A DNA stretch of 64,000 bases. Source: Longimicrobiales bacterium. GTDB lineage: Bacteria; Gemmatimonadota; Gemmatimonadetes; Longimicrobiales; Gaopeijiaceae. Location of the stretch: the NCBI GenBank assembly GCA_965238005.1, contig OZ250165.1:4224001-4288000 (forward strand), written 5' to 3'. A model generated the notes under the pieces. That model made no database searches, had not been told where the DNA came from, and saw nothing but the letters and a program-made list of their open reading frames with translations. Position 1 is the first letter of the stretch. Every line of letters starts with the position of its first letter. Below, piece by piece: positions 30,527-40,598 of the stretch. The translations under genes were made by a program, and so were the position numbers.

Positions 30527-33500
30527 CTACATGGTCACCTCCCTCCTCCGCCACAGGTAGTACAGCACCGGAATCACCAGCAACGTGAGCACCGACGAGG
30601 TGATCATGCCCCCGATCATCGGGGCGGCGATCCTCTGTATGACGGACGCTCCCGACCCGTGAGCCCACATGAGGGGAAGCAGTCCGGCAACGATGGCGGC
30701 GACGGTCATGAGCACGGGTCGAACCCGCCCCACGGCTCCTTCCCTGATGGCGGCCATCAGCCCCTCGATGCCCACCGGCCCCGAGACTGTGGCCTGGCTC
30801 CAGGCCTGATCCAGGTACAGGAGCATCACCACACCGGTCTGCGCCGCGAGACCCCCCAATGCGATGAAGCCGACCGCCACGGCTACCGAGAAATCATAGT
30901 CCAGTACCCACATGAGCCATACGCCTCCAACCAGCGCGAAGGGTAGGGAGAACATGACGATTCCCACTTCGGCCATATTGAGAAAGTTGAAGTAGAGCAG
31001 CAGCGCTATGATCCCCAGCGTGACCGGAACCATGATCATCAGTCGCGCCTTGACTCGCTCCATCGCCTCGTACTGCCCGCTCCACTCAAGGCGGTAACCA
31101 GCGGGCAGGGTGAGTCGCTCGTCGACCAGGCGGCGCGCTTCCGCCACGTAGCTGCCCACATCGCGATCACGCACGTCGATGAACACCATCCCGACGAGCT
31201 GTCCGTTCTCGCTCTTGATCACCGGAGCACCGGCGCTGAATCCCACTTCGGCGAGCTGGCTCAGGGACACCTGCGGTCCGGCCGGCGTGGCCACGAGCAC
31301 CTGGCTGAGGCGGGAGAGGTCGTCGCGTAATTCCCGAGCATACCTCACCTGCACCGGATACCGTTCTCGCCCTTCCACCGTCGTCGTCACGTTCCGGCCT
31401 CCCACAGCCGTCGCGACCACGTTCTGAACGTCTCCCACACTCAGGCCGTATCGTGCCAACGCCTTCCTGTCCGGCCGGATATCGAGGTAGCGGCCGCCAA
31501 AGGACCGTTCCGCGAAGATGCTGGCGGTTCCCTCCAGCGGCGCGAGCAACGCTTCGATTTCAGCTCCGACGGCTTGGATGGTCACGAGGTCCGGCCCGAA
31601 CACCTTGACTCCCAGCGTGGTGCGGATGCCGGTCGAGAGCATGTCGGTCCGGTTCTTGATGGGCATCGTCCAGCTGTTGATCAGCCCGGTGAAACGAAGC
31701 TCTCGGTCCATCTTGGCGATGAGCTGCTCCTGGGTGAGCCGTTCGGGCCACTCGGCGGGGTCTTTGAGGTTGACGATGGTCTCCACCATGGAGAGAGGCG
31801 CCGGGTCGGTGGCGGAGTTCACCCGGCCCACCTTCCCCCAGACCGACTCCACTTCGGGAAAGGTCATCAGAATACTGTCTTGACGCTGTAGTAGCCGCCT
31901 TTGCTCGCCAATGGAGATGCCCGGGATCGAGTTGGGCATGTACATGAGCGATCCCTCGTCGAGCGGGGGCATGAACTCGCTCCCCAGGCGCGTGAGCGGC
32001 CATGCAGTGGCCACCAAGGCGGCCGTGGACAGGGAAAGGACCCATCCGCGGTGAGACAGCGCCCAGCCCAGGATGGGCCGGTACGCCCAGACGGCCGACC
32101 GGTTGACCGGATTGCGGTGCTCTGGCCGTATGTGGCCGCGGATCAAGAATCCCATGAAGACCGGGACGGCCGTGATGGAGAGAAGCGCCGCGGCCGCCAT
32201 CGAAAAGGTCTTGGTTAGAGCGAGCGGTCTGAAGAGACGACCCTCCTCCGCCTGCAAGGCGAAGATGGGGACGAACGACAGCGTGATGATCAACAACGAG
32301 ACGAAGAGGGCGGGGCCGACCTCACGAGTGGACTGAACGACGACCTCCCAGCGCGGTCGCTCCGGGTGCCGCTCCACGTGCTTATGCATGTTCTCGATCA
32401 TGACGATGGCCGCGTCGATCATGGCTCCGATCGCGATGGCAATGCCGCCCAACGACATGATGTTGGCGTTCACGCCCACGGCTCGCGTCCCGGCCAGGGC
32501 CAGCACGATCCCGAGCGGGAGAATGGCGATGGCCACCGCGGCGCTGCGCGCGTGTAACAGGAAGATCAGGCAGACGAGCGCCACCACGATCGACTCCTCG
32601 ATCAGCGTTCGGGTCAGGGTGGCGGTGGCCCGGCGGATCAGGGAGGAGCGATCGTAGGTCGCGACGATGCTCACTCCGGGTGGCAGCCCCGTCTCGATCT
32701 CTTCGATCTTTTCCTTAACGGCGTCGATGACTTGCAGGGCGTTCTCCCCATAGCGCATCACGACCACCCCTCCCACGGCCTCTCCCTGGCCGTTCCACTC
32801 CGTGAAGCCGAGCCGCATATCGGGACCGATGGAAACGCGGGCAACGTCTGCGACCCTGACGGGAGTTCCTCTTCGGCCAGCTCCGACGGCCAGATCCGCG
32901 ATGTCGCCCACCCCGCGTAGGTACCCGAGTCCACGGACCATGTAGTCGCCTCCGGCCACCTCGACCGTGCGTGCTCCCACATCGGTGTTGGAGGATCGGA
33001 TGGCCCGCACCACCTCATCGGCCGTGACTCCGAAGCCCAGGAGCTTGGCAGGATCCAGGATCACCTGATACTGCCGAACGAACCCGCCCACGCTGGCCAC
33101 CTCGGAGACCCCGGGGACGCTCTGAAGCTCGAATCGGATACGCCAATCCTGTAGAGAACGGAGCTCGTCCAAGCTGTATCCCTCCCCCACCACTGCGTAC
33201 TGGTAAACCCATCCCACTCCGGTAGCGTCCGGACCGAGCTGCGGCCGTACTCCCTCTGGCAAGTCACCCGACGCCGAGTTGAGATACTCGAGCACTCGGC
33301 TTCGGGCCCAGTAGAGGTCGGTCCCCTCGTCGAACAGCACATAAACGAAGGAGAGGCCGAACATGGACTGACCGCGAACGACCTCCGCCTCGGGAACCGC
33401 CAGGAGCGCGGTCACAAGGGGATAGGTGACCTGATCCTCCACCACCTGGGGCGCCTGGCCAGGATACTCCGTAAAGACGATGACCTGCACGTCGGACAGG

Positions 33501-33622
33501 TCCGGGATGGCGTCGATCGGTATTGTTCGCACGACCTGGACTCCCGCCGCCAGGATCCCGAATACGCCCAAGAGGACCCACCCACGCCAACGGACGCACG
33601 TCTCGACGATCCAGCCGATCAT
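30527..33622 (-). CDS. cusA: CusA/SilA-type heavy-metal RND efflux pump
   Basis: DAIPDLSDVQV, GPDATGVGWVYQY, IGAMIDAAIVMIEN, and Met-triad contexts EFMPPL, LSMVET, WTMPIK. Confidence 0.92.
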   Translation of the reverse strand: MIGWIVETCVRWRGWVLLGVFGILAAGVQVVRTIPIDAIPDLSDVQVIVFTEYPGQAPQVVEDQVTYPLVTALLAVPEAEVVRGQSMFGLSFVYVLFDEGTDLYWARSRVLEYLNSASGDLPEGVRPQLGPDATGVGWVYQYAVVGEGYSLDELRSLQDWRIRFELQSVPGVSEVASVGGFVRQYQVILDPAKLLGFGVTADEVVRAIRSSNTDVGARTVEVAGGDYMVRGLGYLRGVGDIADLAVGAGRRGTPVRVADVARVSIGPDMRLGFTEWNGQGEAVGGVVVMRYGENALQVIDAVKEKIEEIETGLPPGVSIVATYDRSSLIRRATATLTRTLIEESIVVALVCLIFLLHARSAAVAIAILPLGIVLALAGTRAVGVNANIMSLGGIAIAIGAMIDAAIVMIENMHKHVERHPERPRWEVVVQSTREVGPALFVSLLIITLSFVPIFALQAEEGRLFRPLALTKTFSMAAAALLSITAVPVFMGFLIRGHIRPEHRNPVNRSAVWAYRPILGWALSHRGWVLSLSTAALVATAWPLTRLGSEFMPPLDEGSLMYMPNSIPGISIGEQRRLLQRQDSILMTFPEVESVWGKVGRVNSATDPAPLSMVETIVNLKDPAEWPERLTQEQLIAKMDRELRFTGLINSWTMPIKNRTDMLSTGIRTTLGVKVFGPDLVTIQAVGAEIEALLAPLEGTASIFAERSFGGRYLDIRPDRKALARYGLSVGDVQNVVATAVGGRNVTTTVEGRERYPVQVRYARELRDDLSRLSQVLVATPAGPQVSLSQLAEVGFSAGAPVIKSENGQLVGMVFIDVRDRDVGSYVAEARRLVDERLTLPAGYRLEWSGQYEAMERVKARLMIMVPVTLGIIALLLYFNFLNMAEVGIVMFSLPFALVGGVWLMWVLDYDFSVAVAVGFIALGGLAAQTGVVMLLYLDQAWSQATVSGPVGIEGLMAAIREGAVGRVRPVLMTVAAIVAGLLPLMWAHGSGASVIQRIAAPMIGGMITSSVLTLLVIPVLYYLWRRREVTM

Positions 33623-34824
33623 CGTGCGCCCTCCCTTCTGTCCGCGCCACTCGTCTCCATTCCATCCATGTCCATGCCGCCCATTTCCATGCCGCCCATG
33701 TCCAATCCCATCCCCATGTCGAGCATGATCCCGGCCAAAGCGGCGGCCAGACTGGACTCCGAGTCGAAGAGGAAGGTCGCGGATGCCACTACGGTGTCTC
33801 CCACCGCGAGTCCGTCCGTGACGAGGAGTGTGGAGTCACCACGCATGCCGACGGTCACCGGAGCTGGAACGATGCCGCCGCCTCTCACCACGAAAGCCAG
33901 GTCTCGATCCCCTGTGGGCAGCACCGCGGTGAGCGGCACGATTGTCCCGCGGGGCGTTCGGGCCCGAATCCGCACGGTCGCGTACATCATGGGCTTGATT
34001 TCGCCGGCCGGGTTGGGCAATTCGATCCGTACCCTCAAAGTGCGAGTGTCTTCTTCGAGCGTTGGATACACCAACGAGACGCGACCCTGGTAGGAGCGCC
34101 CCGGTCGGGCTTCGAGGGTGACCTCGGCCGGCTGGCCGACAGCCACGAGATCCACATCCTGCTCGAAGATCTCGGCCTCGATCCACAGTGTCGAAAGATC
34201 GGCGATCCGGTAGAGATCCTGGCCGGCTTCGATTCGCTCGCCCTCGAGAACGAATTTGTCGAGAATGTGACCCGAGAACGGCGAGAAGATCGTCAGCGTC
34301 TCCCGAACCGCCCCCGTGCGCTCGATCTCGGTGATGAGCGAGTCCGCGATTCCCCAGAGCGCAAGGCGACGGCGAGCTCCGACGACCATCGAGTCAGCGC
34401 CTTGGAGACCTCCCAGTCGAAGGGCCAGAAGCAGCTCCTCCTGGGCGGTGAGCAGATCGGGCGCGTACAGCTCGAAGAGAGGGTCGCCGGTCTGCACGTG
34501 CCGGCCTGTCTCATCGGCGTGGAGCACCTCAATCCAGCCACCCACTCGGGCGTTCACGATGCCGGTTCGCCCCTCGTCGGGCACCACCGTGGCCACCGCC
34601 CGCACCGTTCGGTCCAGTTCGGCCTCCCGAACCACGGCAAAGCTCACTCCGGCCAGAGAAGCTTGGCGTCCCGTGATCCGCATGGGTCTCCCGTCCATCT
34701 GCATGTTCTCCTGGGCGGAGGCGGAGTCCGGGCTCGCGCCTGTTTCAGTCTGGGGAGCTTCGCTCCCGGTACAACCACCCAACAGGAGCACGGTGGTCAG
34801 GGTCGTCGTCGTTGAGCGCATCAT
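33619..34824 (-). CDS. cusB: RND periplasmic adaptor (CusB-like) with Met-rich tail
   Basis: ARVGGWIE, YAPDLLTAQEE, LFDSESSL; C-terminal MGMGLDMGGMEMGGMDM. Confidence 0.85.
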   Translation of the reverse strand: MMRSTTTTLTTVLLLGGCTGSEAPQTETGASPDSASAQENMQMDGRPMRITGRQASLAGVSFAVVREAELDRTVRAVATVVPDEGRTGIVNARVGGWIEVLHADETGRHVQTGDPLFELYAPDLLTAQEELLLALRLGGLQGADSMVVGARRRLALWGIADSLITEIERTGAVRETLTIFSPFSGHILDKFVLEGERIEAGQDLYRIADLSTLWIEAEIFEQDVDLVAVGQPAEVTLEARPGRSYQGRVSLVYPTLEEDTRTLRVRIELPNPAGEIKPMMYATVRIRARTPRGTIVPLTAVLPTGDRDLAFVVRGGGIVPAPVTVGMRGDSTLLVTDGLAVGDTVVASATFLFDSESSLAAALAGIMLDMGMGLDMGGMEMGGMDMDGMETSGADRREGAR

Positions 34825-36104
34825 CGGTACCACTCCTCTCCGGTCAGCGCGGCCAGCTCCGCCCGTTGCGTCCCGAAGCGGGACACGACATGAGCGAGAT
34901 CCAACTGGACACGATAGAGTTCGTCCTGGGTTTCGAGTACGTTGGTGAAGTCGACCTCACCCACCCGGTACTGCTGAAGCGCGGAGGCCGTGGCGGCGGT
35001 TGCCAGCGGCACTATCTCGGTGGCGATCTGTTGAGCCCGGAGCTTCGACGCCTCCAGGTCGGCGAGCCGCGTTCGGACTTCGGCGACCAAGAGGACCGAC
35101 AGATCCACATACTCCTCTTCGGCGGCGGTCAGATCCATGACCGCGGCGTGAGCAAGCGGGGTTTGCTTACGACCCGACCAAAGCGGTAAAGGGATGCCGA
35201 CGCGGGCGGTGACGAACGGCTCTCGGCCGCCAAGGCGGATTCCGGTCTGGAGTGAGGTCATGTAGTCCGGCCGTCCGGCGATCTCGAGGACTGTCGCTCG
35301 GCGTGCCGCACGCTCCACCATAGCAGCAGCCACCTGCAGAGATGGATTTCGCAGCGGGGGTCCCAACTGATCGATCACGGGAACATCGAAGGCCCCTGGG
35401 TCCAGGGCCGGGGTACCGGCCACATCGACCAGTAGGAGCCCCTCGGGAGGCTCGCCCTCTCCCCCCAGTAGGGCTCGGGCCGTCTCGCGGGCGCCGGTTA
35501 CCTCCGCCTCCAGGTCGCGGAGCTCCTCCGAGAGCCTTGCGCGGCGGAGCCGGGCCCGCAAAGCGTCGGTCTGAGGGGCCGCCCCGCTCTGGTACCGAGC
35601 GTCCGTTACGACGACTGCCTGGGCGGCCAGTCCGGCCCGGCCCCGCCACAGCTCCACGGCGGTTTGTGCGAAAGCGAGGCGGTAATAGGCTCTTGCCGCC
35701 TCGGCGGCGAGCCGGGCCTCACGGTCGCCAACCCGGCTGGCGGCCAAGGTGCTGTCCGCCTGGGCCACGGAGGTAGCAGCGCTCCGCTTGCCGCGTGCCG
35801 GGAACGTCTGCGCGAAGCCGATCCCGATCTGGGTCATCGCTTCCGCGTCGAAATCGAAGGAGGGGGCCGGGAGCGACGTGACCCCGAGCGAAAGCGTCGG
35901 ATCGGGAAGAGCGCCGGCCGGACCGATACGGTGCCTTGCCGCCCCCAGGGTGGCACGGCGAGCGCTCAAGCTCGGGTTTTCCTCCAGCACCTTTGCGACA
36001 TAGGTCCTGAGACCCGGCGCATCGAGCGTCGAAGTCTGGGCTGTCACTACCGCCGGCCAGAACAACGGGACCGTGGCGGCAGCTAGATACCTGGCATACG
36101 TCAC
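34821..36104 (-). CDS. TolC-family outer-membrane efflux protein
   Basis: ALPDPTL, QTFP..GK, YQSG, IPLPLWS..KQ and YRVGEVDF motifs; first gene of the efflux operon. Confidence 0.88.
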   Translation of the reverse strand: MTYARYLAAATVPLFWPAVVTAQTSTLDAPGLRTYVAKVLEENPSLSARRATLGAARHRIGPAGALPDPTLSLGVTSLPAPSFDFDAEAMTQIGIGFAQTFPARGKRSAATSVAQADSTLAASRVGDREARLAAEAARAYYRLAFAQTAVELWRGRAGLAAQAVVVTDARYQSGAAPQTDALRARLRRARLSEELRDLEAEVTGARETARALLGGEGEPPEGLLLVDVAGTPALDPGAFDVPVIDQLGPPLRNPSLQVAAAMVERAARRATVLEIAGRPDYMTSLQTGIRLGGREPFVTARVGIPLPLWSGRKQTPLAHAAVMDLTAAEEEYVDLSVLLVAEVRTRLADLEASKLRAQQIATEIVPLATAATASALQQYRVGEVDFTNVLETQDELYRVQLDLAHVVSRFGTQRAELAALTGEEWYR

Positions 36105-36199
36105 TGTGATGTGACTCCCCCGCGCAGCCCTTGGCCGCGCGCTCGTAGGTTAGGCGCGGGACACTCCCGCGCTATACGCCTCGTCTTCGGAGAGGGGAG

Positions 36200-36565
36200 C
36201 TACGCTCTGGGAGGTCTCTCGAGGAGAGTGGGGTATTCCAGGGGTGGGTCGGACGGTCCGGTGACTGAAGCCACCATGCGCCTTTGAGGTTCGGGTGGGA
36301 TCTGGAAAGAGGAGGCCGCCGGGCCGGCGTGCGGTACCCCGCATCCGTCCATGGAACAGCACTCTATCGACGAAGCGGCCGGCTGTAGAACCGTATTCCC
36401 GGCATCGGCCATCATGCCCATTTCGTGGACGTCCATCCCCATCCGGCCTAGGACCGTACAGATTCCCGGCCCTGAATAGGGTAGGACCATAGCCGCCAGA
36501 ATGAGCAGGGCGAAGGGCCTTGATCGAGAATGCCGTTGCTTCGCGATGGGGTGGATGCCTTCCAT
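36200..36565 (-). CDS. Small Cys/Met-rich leader-type ORF ending ...ERPPRA (DUF2946-like)
   Basis: N-terminal hydrophobic helix, Met-rich stretch, CCSMDGC and a Pro-rich C-terminus; lies upstream of the efflux operon. Confidence 0.6.
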   Translation of the reverse strand: MEGIHPIAKQRHSRSRPFALLILAAMVLPYSGPGICTVLGRMGMDVHEMGMMADAGNTVLQPAASSIECCSMDGCGVPHAGPAASSFQIPPEPQRRMVASVTGPSDPPLEYPTLLERPPRA

Positions 36566-36679
36566 AATGTGCACAACACCGCACGGCGGGTGGGTGTTCC
36601 GGGCTTGCCCTCCGACATCGAGGGCAACCTTTCGTGTCTGAGCGATTGTCTTGGCGGGCAAACTCCACATCTCCAAATC

Positions 36680-37450
36680 CTACGTCTTGATTTTGTAGCC
36701 GCGTTTGAACAACCGAACGTTCACACCGAAAAGAAACGCTCCGAGAATGAAGACGAGGGCCATGCTGAAAGGGACGTTGACATCAGAGACGCCCAGAAGC
36801 CCATACCGCATCCCGTTAATCATGAAAAGCAGGGGGTTCAAGACGGAGACAGTCTTGAGGAGGTCTGGGAGCATGTGGATGGAGTAAAACACCCCACCCA
36901 AGAAGGTGAGAGGAGTGAGCACAAAGCTGGAAAAGGTTTCCACGTGGTCGAACGTCTCCGCCCAGAGTCCCATCATCAACCCAATAGAGGAGAAAACCAG
37001 GGACACGAAGAACATGAAGTACACGAACACGAAAACGTTGGCCATTCCGACGGGAATAAAGAGGAACGAGACTAGCAGGGTAAGGATCCCCACGACGAAT
37101 CCTCTCATTACGCCCCCCAAAGTGAGCGCCAGTACCATTTCGAAATAAGAAAGGGGGGCAGTCAGTAATTCGGTGATATTGTTGAAGAACTTGGATATGA
37201 GTAGGGATAGGGAGGAATTGAAGTAGGAGTTCGTGATCACACTCATCATGATCAAGCCTGGGATCAGGAACTCTATGTACGACAGTCCATTTACCTCCGG
37301 AATCTGCGAACCGATGAACTTGCCGAACACGATGATATAGAGAACTGAGGAGATCACCGGCGCAACAATGGTCTGCGTGGTGGATTTGGTGAACTTCTTG
37401 GTTTCTCGGCCCAGCAGAGTCGCGAATCCCCTATAATTCGCCACGACCAA
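36680..37450 (-). CDS. ABC-2 type transporter permease (YadH-like)
   Basis: YIEFLIPGLIMMSVITNSY, PLTFLGGVFYS and NPL...GMRYG motifs; visibly lower GC. Confidence 0.88.
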   Translation of the reverse strand: MVVANYRGFATLLGRETKKFTKSTTQTIVAPVISSVLYIIVFGKFIGSQIPEVNGLSYIEFLIPGLIMMSVITNSYFNSSLSLLISKFFNNITELLTAPLSYFEMVLALTLGGVMRGFVVGILTLLVSFLFIPVGMANVFVFVYFMFFVSLVFSSIGLMMGLWAETFDHVETFSSFVLTPLTFLGGVFYSIHMLPDLLKTVSVLNPLLFMINGMRYGLLGVSDVNVPFSMALVFILGAFLFGVNVRLFKRGYKIKT

Positions 37451-38357
37451 TCTCCGTTAAGTCGATAAAGATGTCCTCCAGGTTGGACCTGGTCACTTCC
37501 TCCCTTTTTACCTCGAGTCCCGCTTTCTCGACATCGCGCAGTATTTCTGCCTTGCTGGCGTGCTCCTCACAGACGATTCGGATCTTGTTGTCATCCAGCA
37601 GGAACGCTTTGTATTTCGCGAGCGGTTGAGGGATGGCTTCTATCGGTTTTGTGAGCGTGATATCCAAGCTGGTCTTGTGTAGCTGCTCAAGCAGATTGTC
37701 CTTGTCATCAAGCGCAATGATGTGTCCGTGGTTGATGATGCCGATTCTCTTGGCTAATCGCTCCGCCTCCTCGATGTAGTGGGTCGTGAGCAGGATAGTG
37801 GTGCCTTGCTTGTTCAACTCCTGCATATGACGCCAAAGGCTGCGCCGCAGCTCCACATCGACACCAGCGGTAGGCTCATCAAGAATGAGGAGTTGGGGAT
37901 TGTGTACGAGGGCTCTTGCGATGAGCAGGCGTCTCTTCATCCCACCAGATAACTCTCTGACGTGCACTTCCCGTTTGGAGGCAAGATCAAACTGGTCCAG
38001 TAGCTCATCCACCCGTTTGTTCGCTTCACGGCGCCGTATGCCGAAGTATCAAGCATAAAACCGCAGAATCTCAGCCACAGTGAAGTAGTCGTCAAAATTG
38101 AACTCTTGTGGCACGAGACCAATTAATTGCCTGGCTTCCCGGTACTCCCCGACGACATCCTTCCCGAAGACCTTGACTTCCCCGTCTTCATAGGTGGTAA
38201 GGCCAGCGAGGATATTGATCGTCGTGCTTTTGCCGGCTCCGTTCGGTCCCAGGAACCCAAAAAACTCCCCGCCCTTCACCTCCATGGAGAAGTTGTCCAA
38301 CGCCCGCACGTCTCCGTAGGACTTGGTCAGTTTCCTGATGGATATTGCAGGTTCCAT
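37431..38357 (-). pseudogene. ABC transporter ATP-binding protein (YadG-like) with one in-frame TGA at 38049-38051
   Basis: GPNGAGKST...LRFYA*YFGI...LSGGMKRR, LDEPT and TTHY, all in one frame. Confidence 0.85.
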
Positions 38358-38389
38358 AGGCAAAGTGGCTCATCGTGAGTCACGGTGTC

Positions 38390-40192
38390 CTACCCCGCGC
38401 AGCACGACAGCTTCGCTACATCCTTGTCGAACGCCTGCGCCGCAAGCTTGATTCCCTCGGACAGCGTGAGGTAGGGATGGAACACCGATGTGAGGTTCTC
38501 GATTGTGAGTCCGAACTGGACGGCGAGGGCCAGCTCGGTAATCATCTCGCCCGCCTCGGAAGCCAGGATATGCGCTCCGACGATCTTCCGTGTGTTCGCG
38601 TCGGCCACGAGCTTGACGAAACCACGCGTGTCGCGCGCCGCAAGCGAGCGCGGCACATGCTCCAGCGGTAACTCTGCGGTCACTGGCTCCCTTCCCTGGA
38701 ACCCGATCTCCTCTTCCGTGAACCCGACCGACGCCACCGCTGGATCCGTGAACGTGACCTTGGGCAATGCTGTGAGATCGAACGGCACGGTATCGCCTGT
38801 GAGCGCGTTCTCGGCGGCTATCTTCCCGCCTAACGCCGCGACGTAGACGAACATTGGCTCACCCGTGACGTCACCGGCCGCGTAGATGTCAGGATTCGCG
38901 GTCTGAAGGTATTCGTTCACGGCGATCTCGCCCTTCTCCCCCAGGGTCACACCGACCTCATCGAGTCCGAACCCCTCGGTGTTGGCGCGCCGGCCCGTGG
39001 CCACCAAGAGCTGCTCGGCCATCAAGGTGCTGGCGCCGCCGTCCTCGCTGAAGTGTACCGTGTAACCCTCGTTCCGCTCGACTCGCTCGATCGTCACTCC
39101 CGGGTGGATTTGCATTCCCTCGGCTGCCAGATACTCGGCCAGCGCGTTCCCTATTGCCGCATCCTCGGCAGGGACGATCCGCGGCAACGCCTCGAGTACC
39201 GTGACCTGCACGCCGAGTCGCAAGAACATCTGGGCCAGCTCGAGCCCGACCGCGCTGGCTCCGATCACGATCAGCGAGGACGGCAGCGTTTCCAGAGCCA
39301 TGGCTGAGGTGCTGTCCAGATATCCCGCCTCCGCGAGCCCCGGTATCGGCGCCGCCCAGGGGGATGCCCCGGTGGTGATGACAAGCTTTCCAGCGGTGAC
39401 CTGGCGCCCGTCAGCCAGGGTGATGGATGTGCCGGAGGTCACCGTTGCCCGTTGCTCGAACAGGGTCACCGCCTCGTACGACTGCAACACGTCGCGATAC
39501 TTCGTCTCACGCATTCCGGTGACCAGTGCGTCTTTGTGATCCCGCACAACTGGCCAATCCGGCTGGCCGTCCGTGGCGGCAATGCCCTGGAACGGGTGAT
39601 GGGTGCGGCGGTGGTTCGCTTCGGCCGCGCGGATCAAGGTCTTTGACGGCACGCACCCCACGTTCACACAGGTGCCCCCCAAGGTACCCAGCTCGGCCAT
39701 CGCCACCCGGGCGCCCAGCTCCGCACCCTTGATCGCGGCGCCGAAGCCCGCCGACCCACCGCCGACGATCACGAGATCGAAGTCACCGTCTCCCCGCGAG
39801 ATTGGCGTGATCGCACCGCGATCCGACCCTGCCCGGATGAAATCACCAACCCCCTCCATCGCCTCGGTGCCCTTTAAGCGCTTGATGTAGTAATCAGGGG
39901 CCTTCAGGAACACTTCTCGGCAATACGGACAACCGCAATAGGGGACTTCCTCTCCGGCGTACTCGAACGTGAAGGTCAACTCTGGTGTTTTTTCCGCTAA
40001 GCAGGTCGGGCATACCACCAGATCCTTGATGCGTCGGACGTGTTGCTCGGGGTCAGGGGCGAACTCGTCGGCGCAATCCTGGCAACAGAAATAGTGTTCG
40101 GTGCCGTCGTGACTGTATGTAGCCGCCTTCTCTTTGCTGATTCCCAGTCTGACCAGGGAACAGCCGCAGTAGGAGCAAATGAGCGTTTTCAT
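38390..40192 (-). CDS. merA: Mercuric reductase with tandem N-terminal YHS/TRASH-like Cys-rich domains
   Basis: GGGSAG, GGTCVNVGCVPSK, FHPYLTLSEG and C-terminal SCCAG; N-terminus CSYCGC..YFCCQDC..CPTC..YCGCPYC. Confidence 0.93.
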   Translation of the reverse strand: MKTLICSYCGCSLVRLGISKEKAATYSHDGTEHYFCCQDCADEFAPDPEQHVRRIKDLVVCPTCLAEKTPELTFTFEYAGEEVPYCGCPYCREVFLKAPDYYIKRLKGTEAMEGVGDFIRAGSDRGAITPISRGDGDFDLVIVGGGSAGFGAAIKGAELGARVAMAELGTLGGTCVNVGCVPSKTLIRAAEANHRRTHHPFQGIAATDGQPDWPVVRDHKDALVTGMRETKYRDVLQSYEAVTLFEQRATVTSGTSITLADGRQVTAGKLVITTGASPWAAPIPGLAEAGYLDSTSAMALETLPSSLIVIGASAVGLELAQMFLRLGVQVTVLEALPRIVPAEDAAIGNALAEYLAAEGMQIHPGVTIERVERNEGYTVHFSEDGGASTLMAEQLLVATGRRANTEGFGLDEVGVTLGEKGEIAVNEYLQTANPDIYAAGDVTGEPMFVYVAALGGKIAAENALTGDTVPFDLTALPKVTFTDPAVASVGFTEEEIGFQGREPVTAELPLEHVPRSLAARDTRGFVKLVADANTRKIVGAHILASEAGEMITELALAVQFGLTIENLTSVFHPYLTLSEGIKLAAQAFDKDVAKLSCCAG

Positions 40193-40291
40193 GCTTCACC
40201 TCGATTAGATGCGTGGCCAATGCGACCAGGCCGATCAGGACCCTTCGCCCGGAGCTCCTGGCTCCGGCTCGGGCCTGAGCGGGCAGGGCGG

Positions 40292-40598
40292 CTAATCGAA
40301 TTCGTCCAGCCCCGTCACCGGGAGGCTATCGCCAAGCCCCCATGGAAGGAAGAAGCTCAGGCTCAGTGCGTTTCCTGCCGGGAGGTTGCGCCCGGAGATC
40401 GGGACCCTAGCCCCAAGCTCGAGGAACCCTGATCCGATCGGCATGCCCAGGGTCGGAAACACTTCGAGCATGCTCCTGCGAGCGGACGTGAGGGCGCCGG
40501 AGATCCCGTGCGGGACGGTACAGCTCCCCTGAGCGAGGAGGCCCGACGGGGACAAGAGGGCGGGCAGCAGCAAGCAGCCAAGGGCCGCCGTGGTCGCC
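40292..40598 (-). pseudogene. Remnant of an exported / outer-membrane protein with a large internal deletion
   Basis: Signal-like segment (AALGCLLLPALL..LLAQ) joined to a barrel-like C-terminus (ELGARVPISGRNLPAG..LSLSF); no clear start codon. Confidence 0.4.

Noticed and set aside
38049..38051. UGA read as Gly (genetic code 25) or as Sec in the ABC ATPase
   Set aside because: Single occurrence, many host genes end in TGA, and the position is not a Cys site. A point nonsense mutation is simpler.
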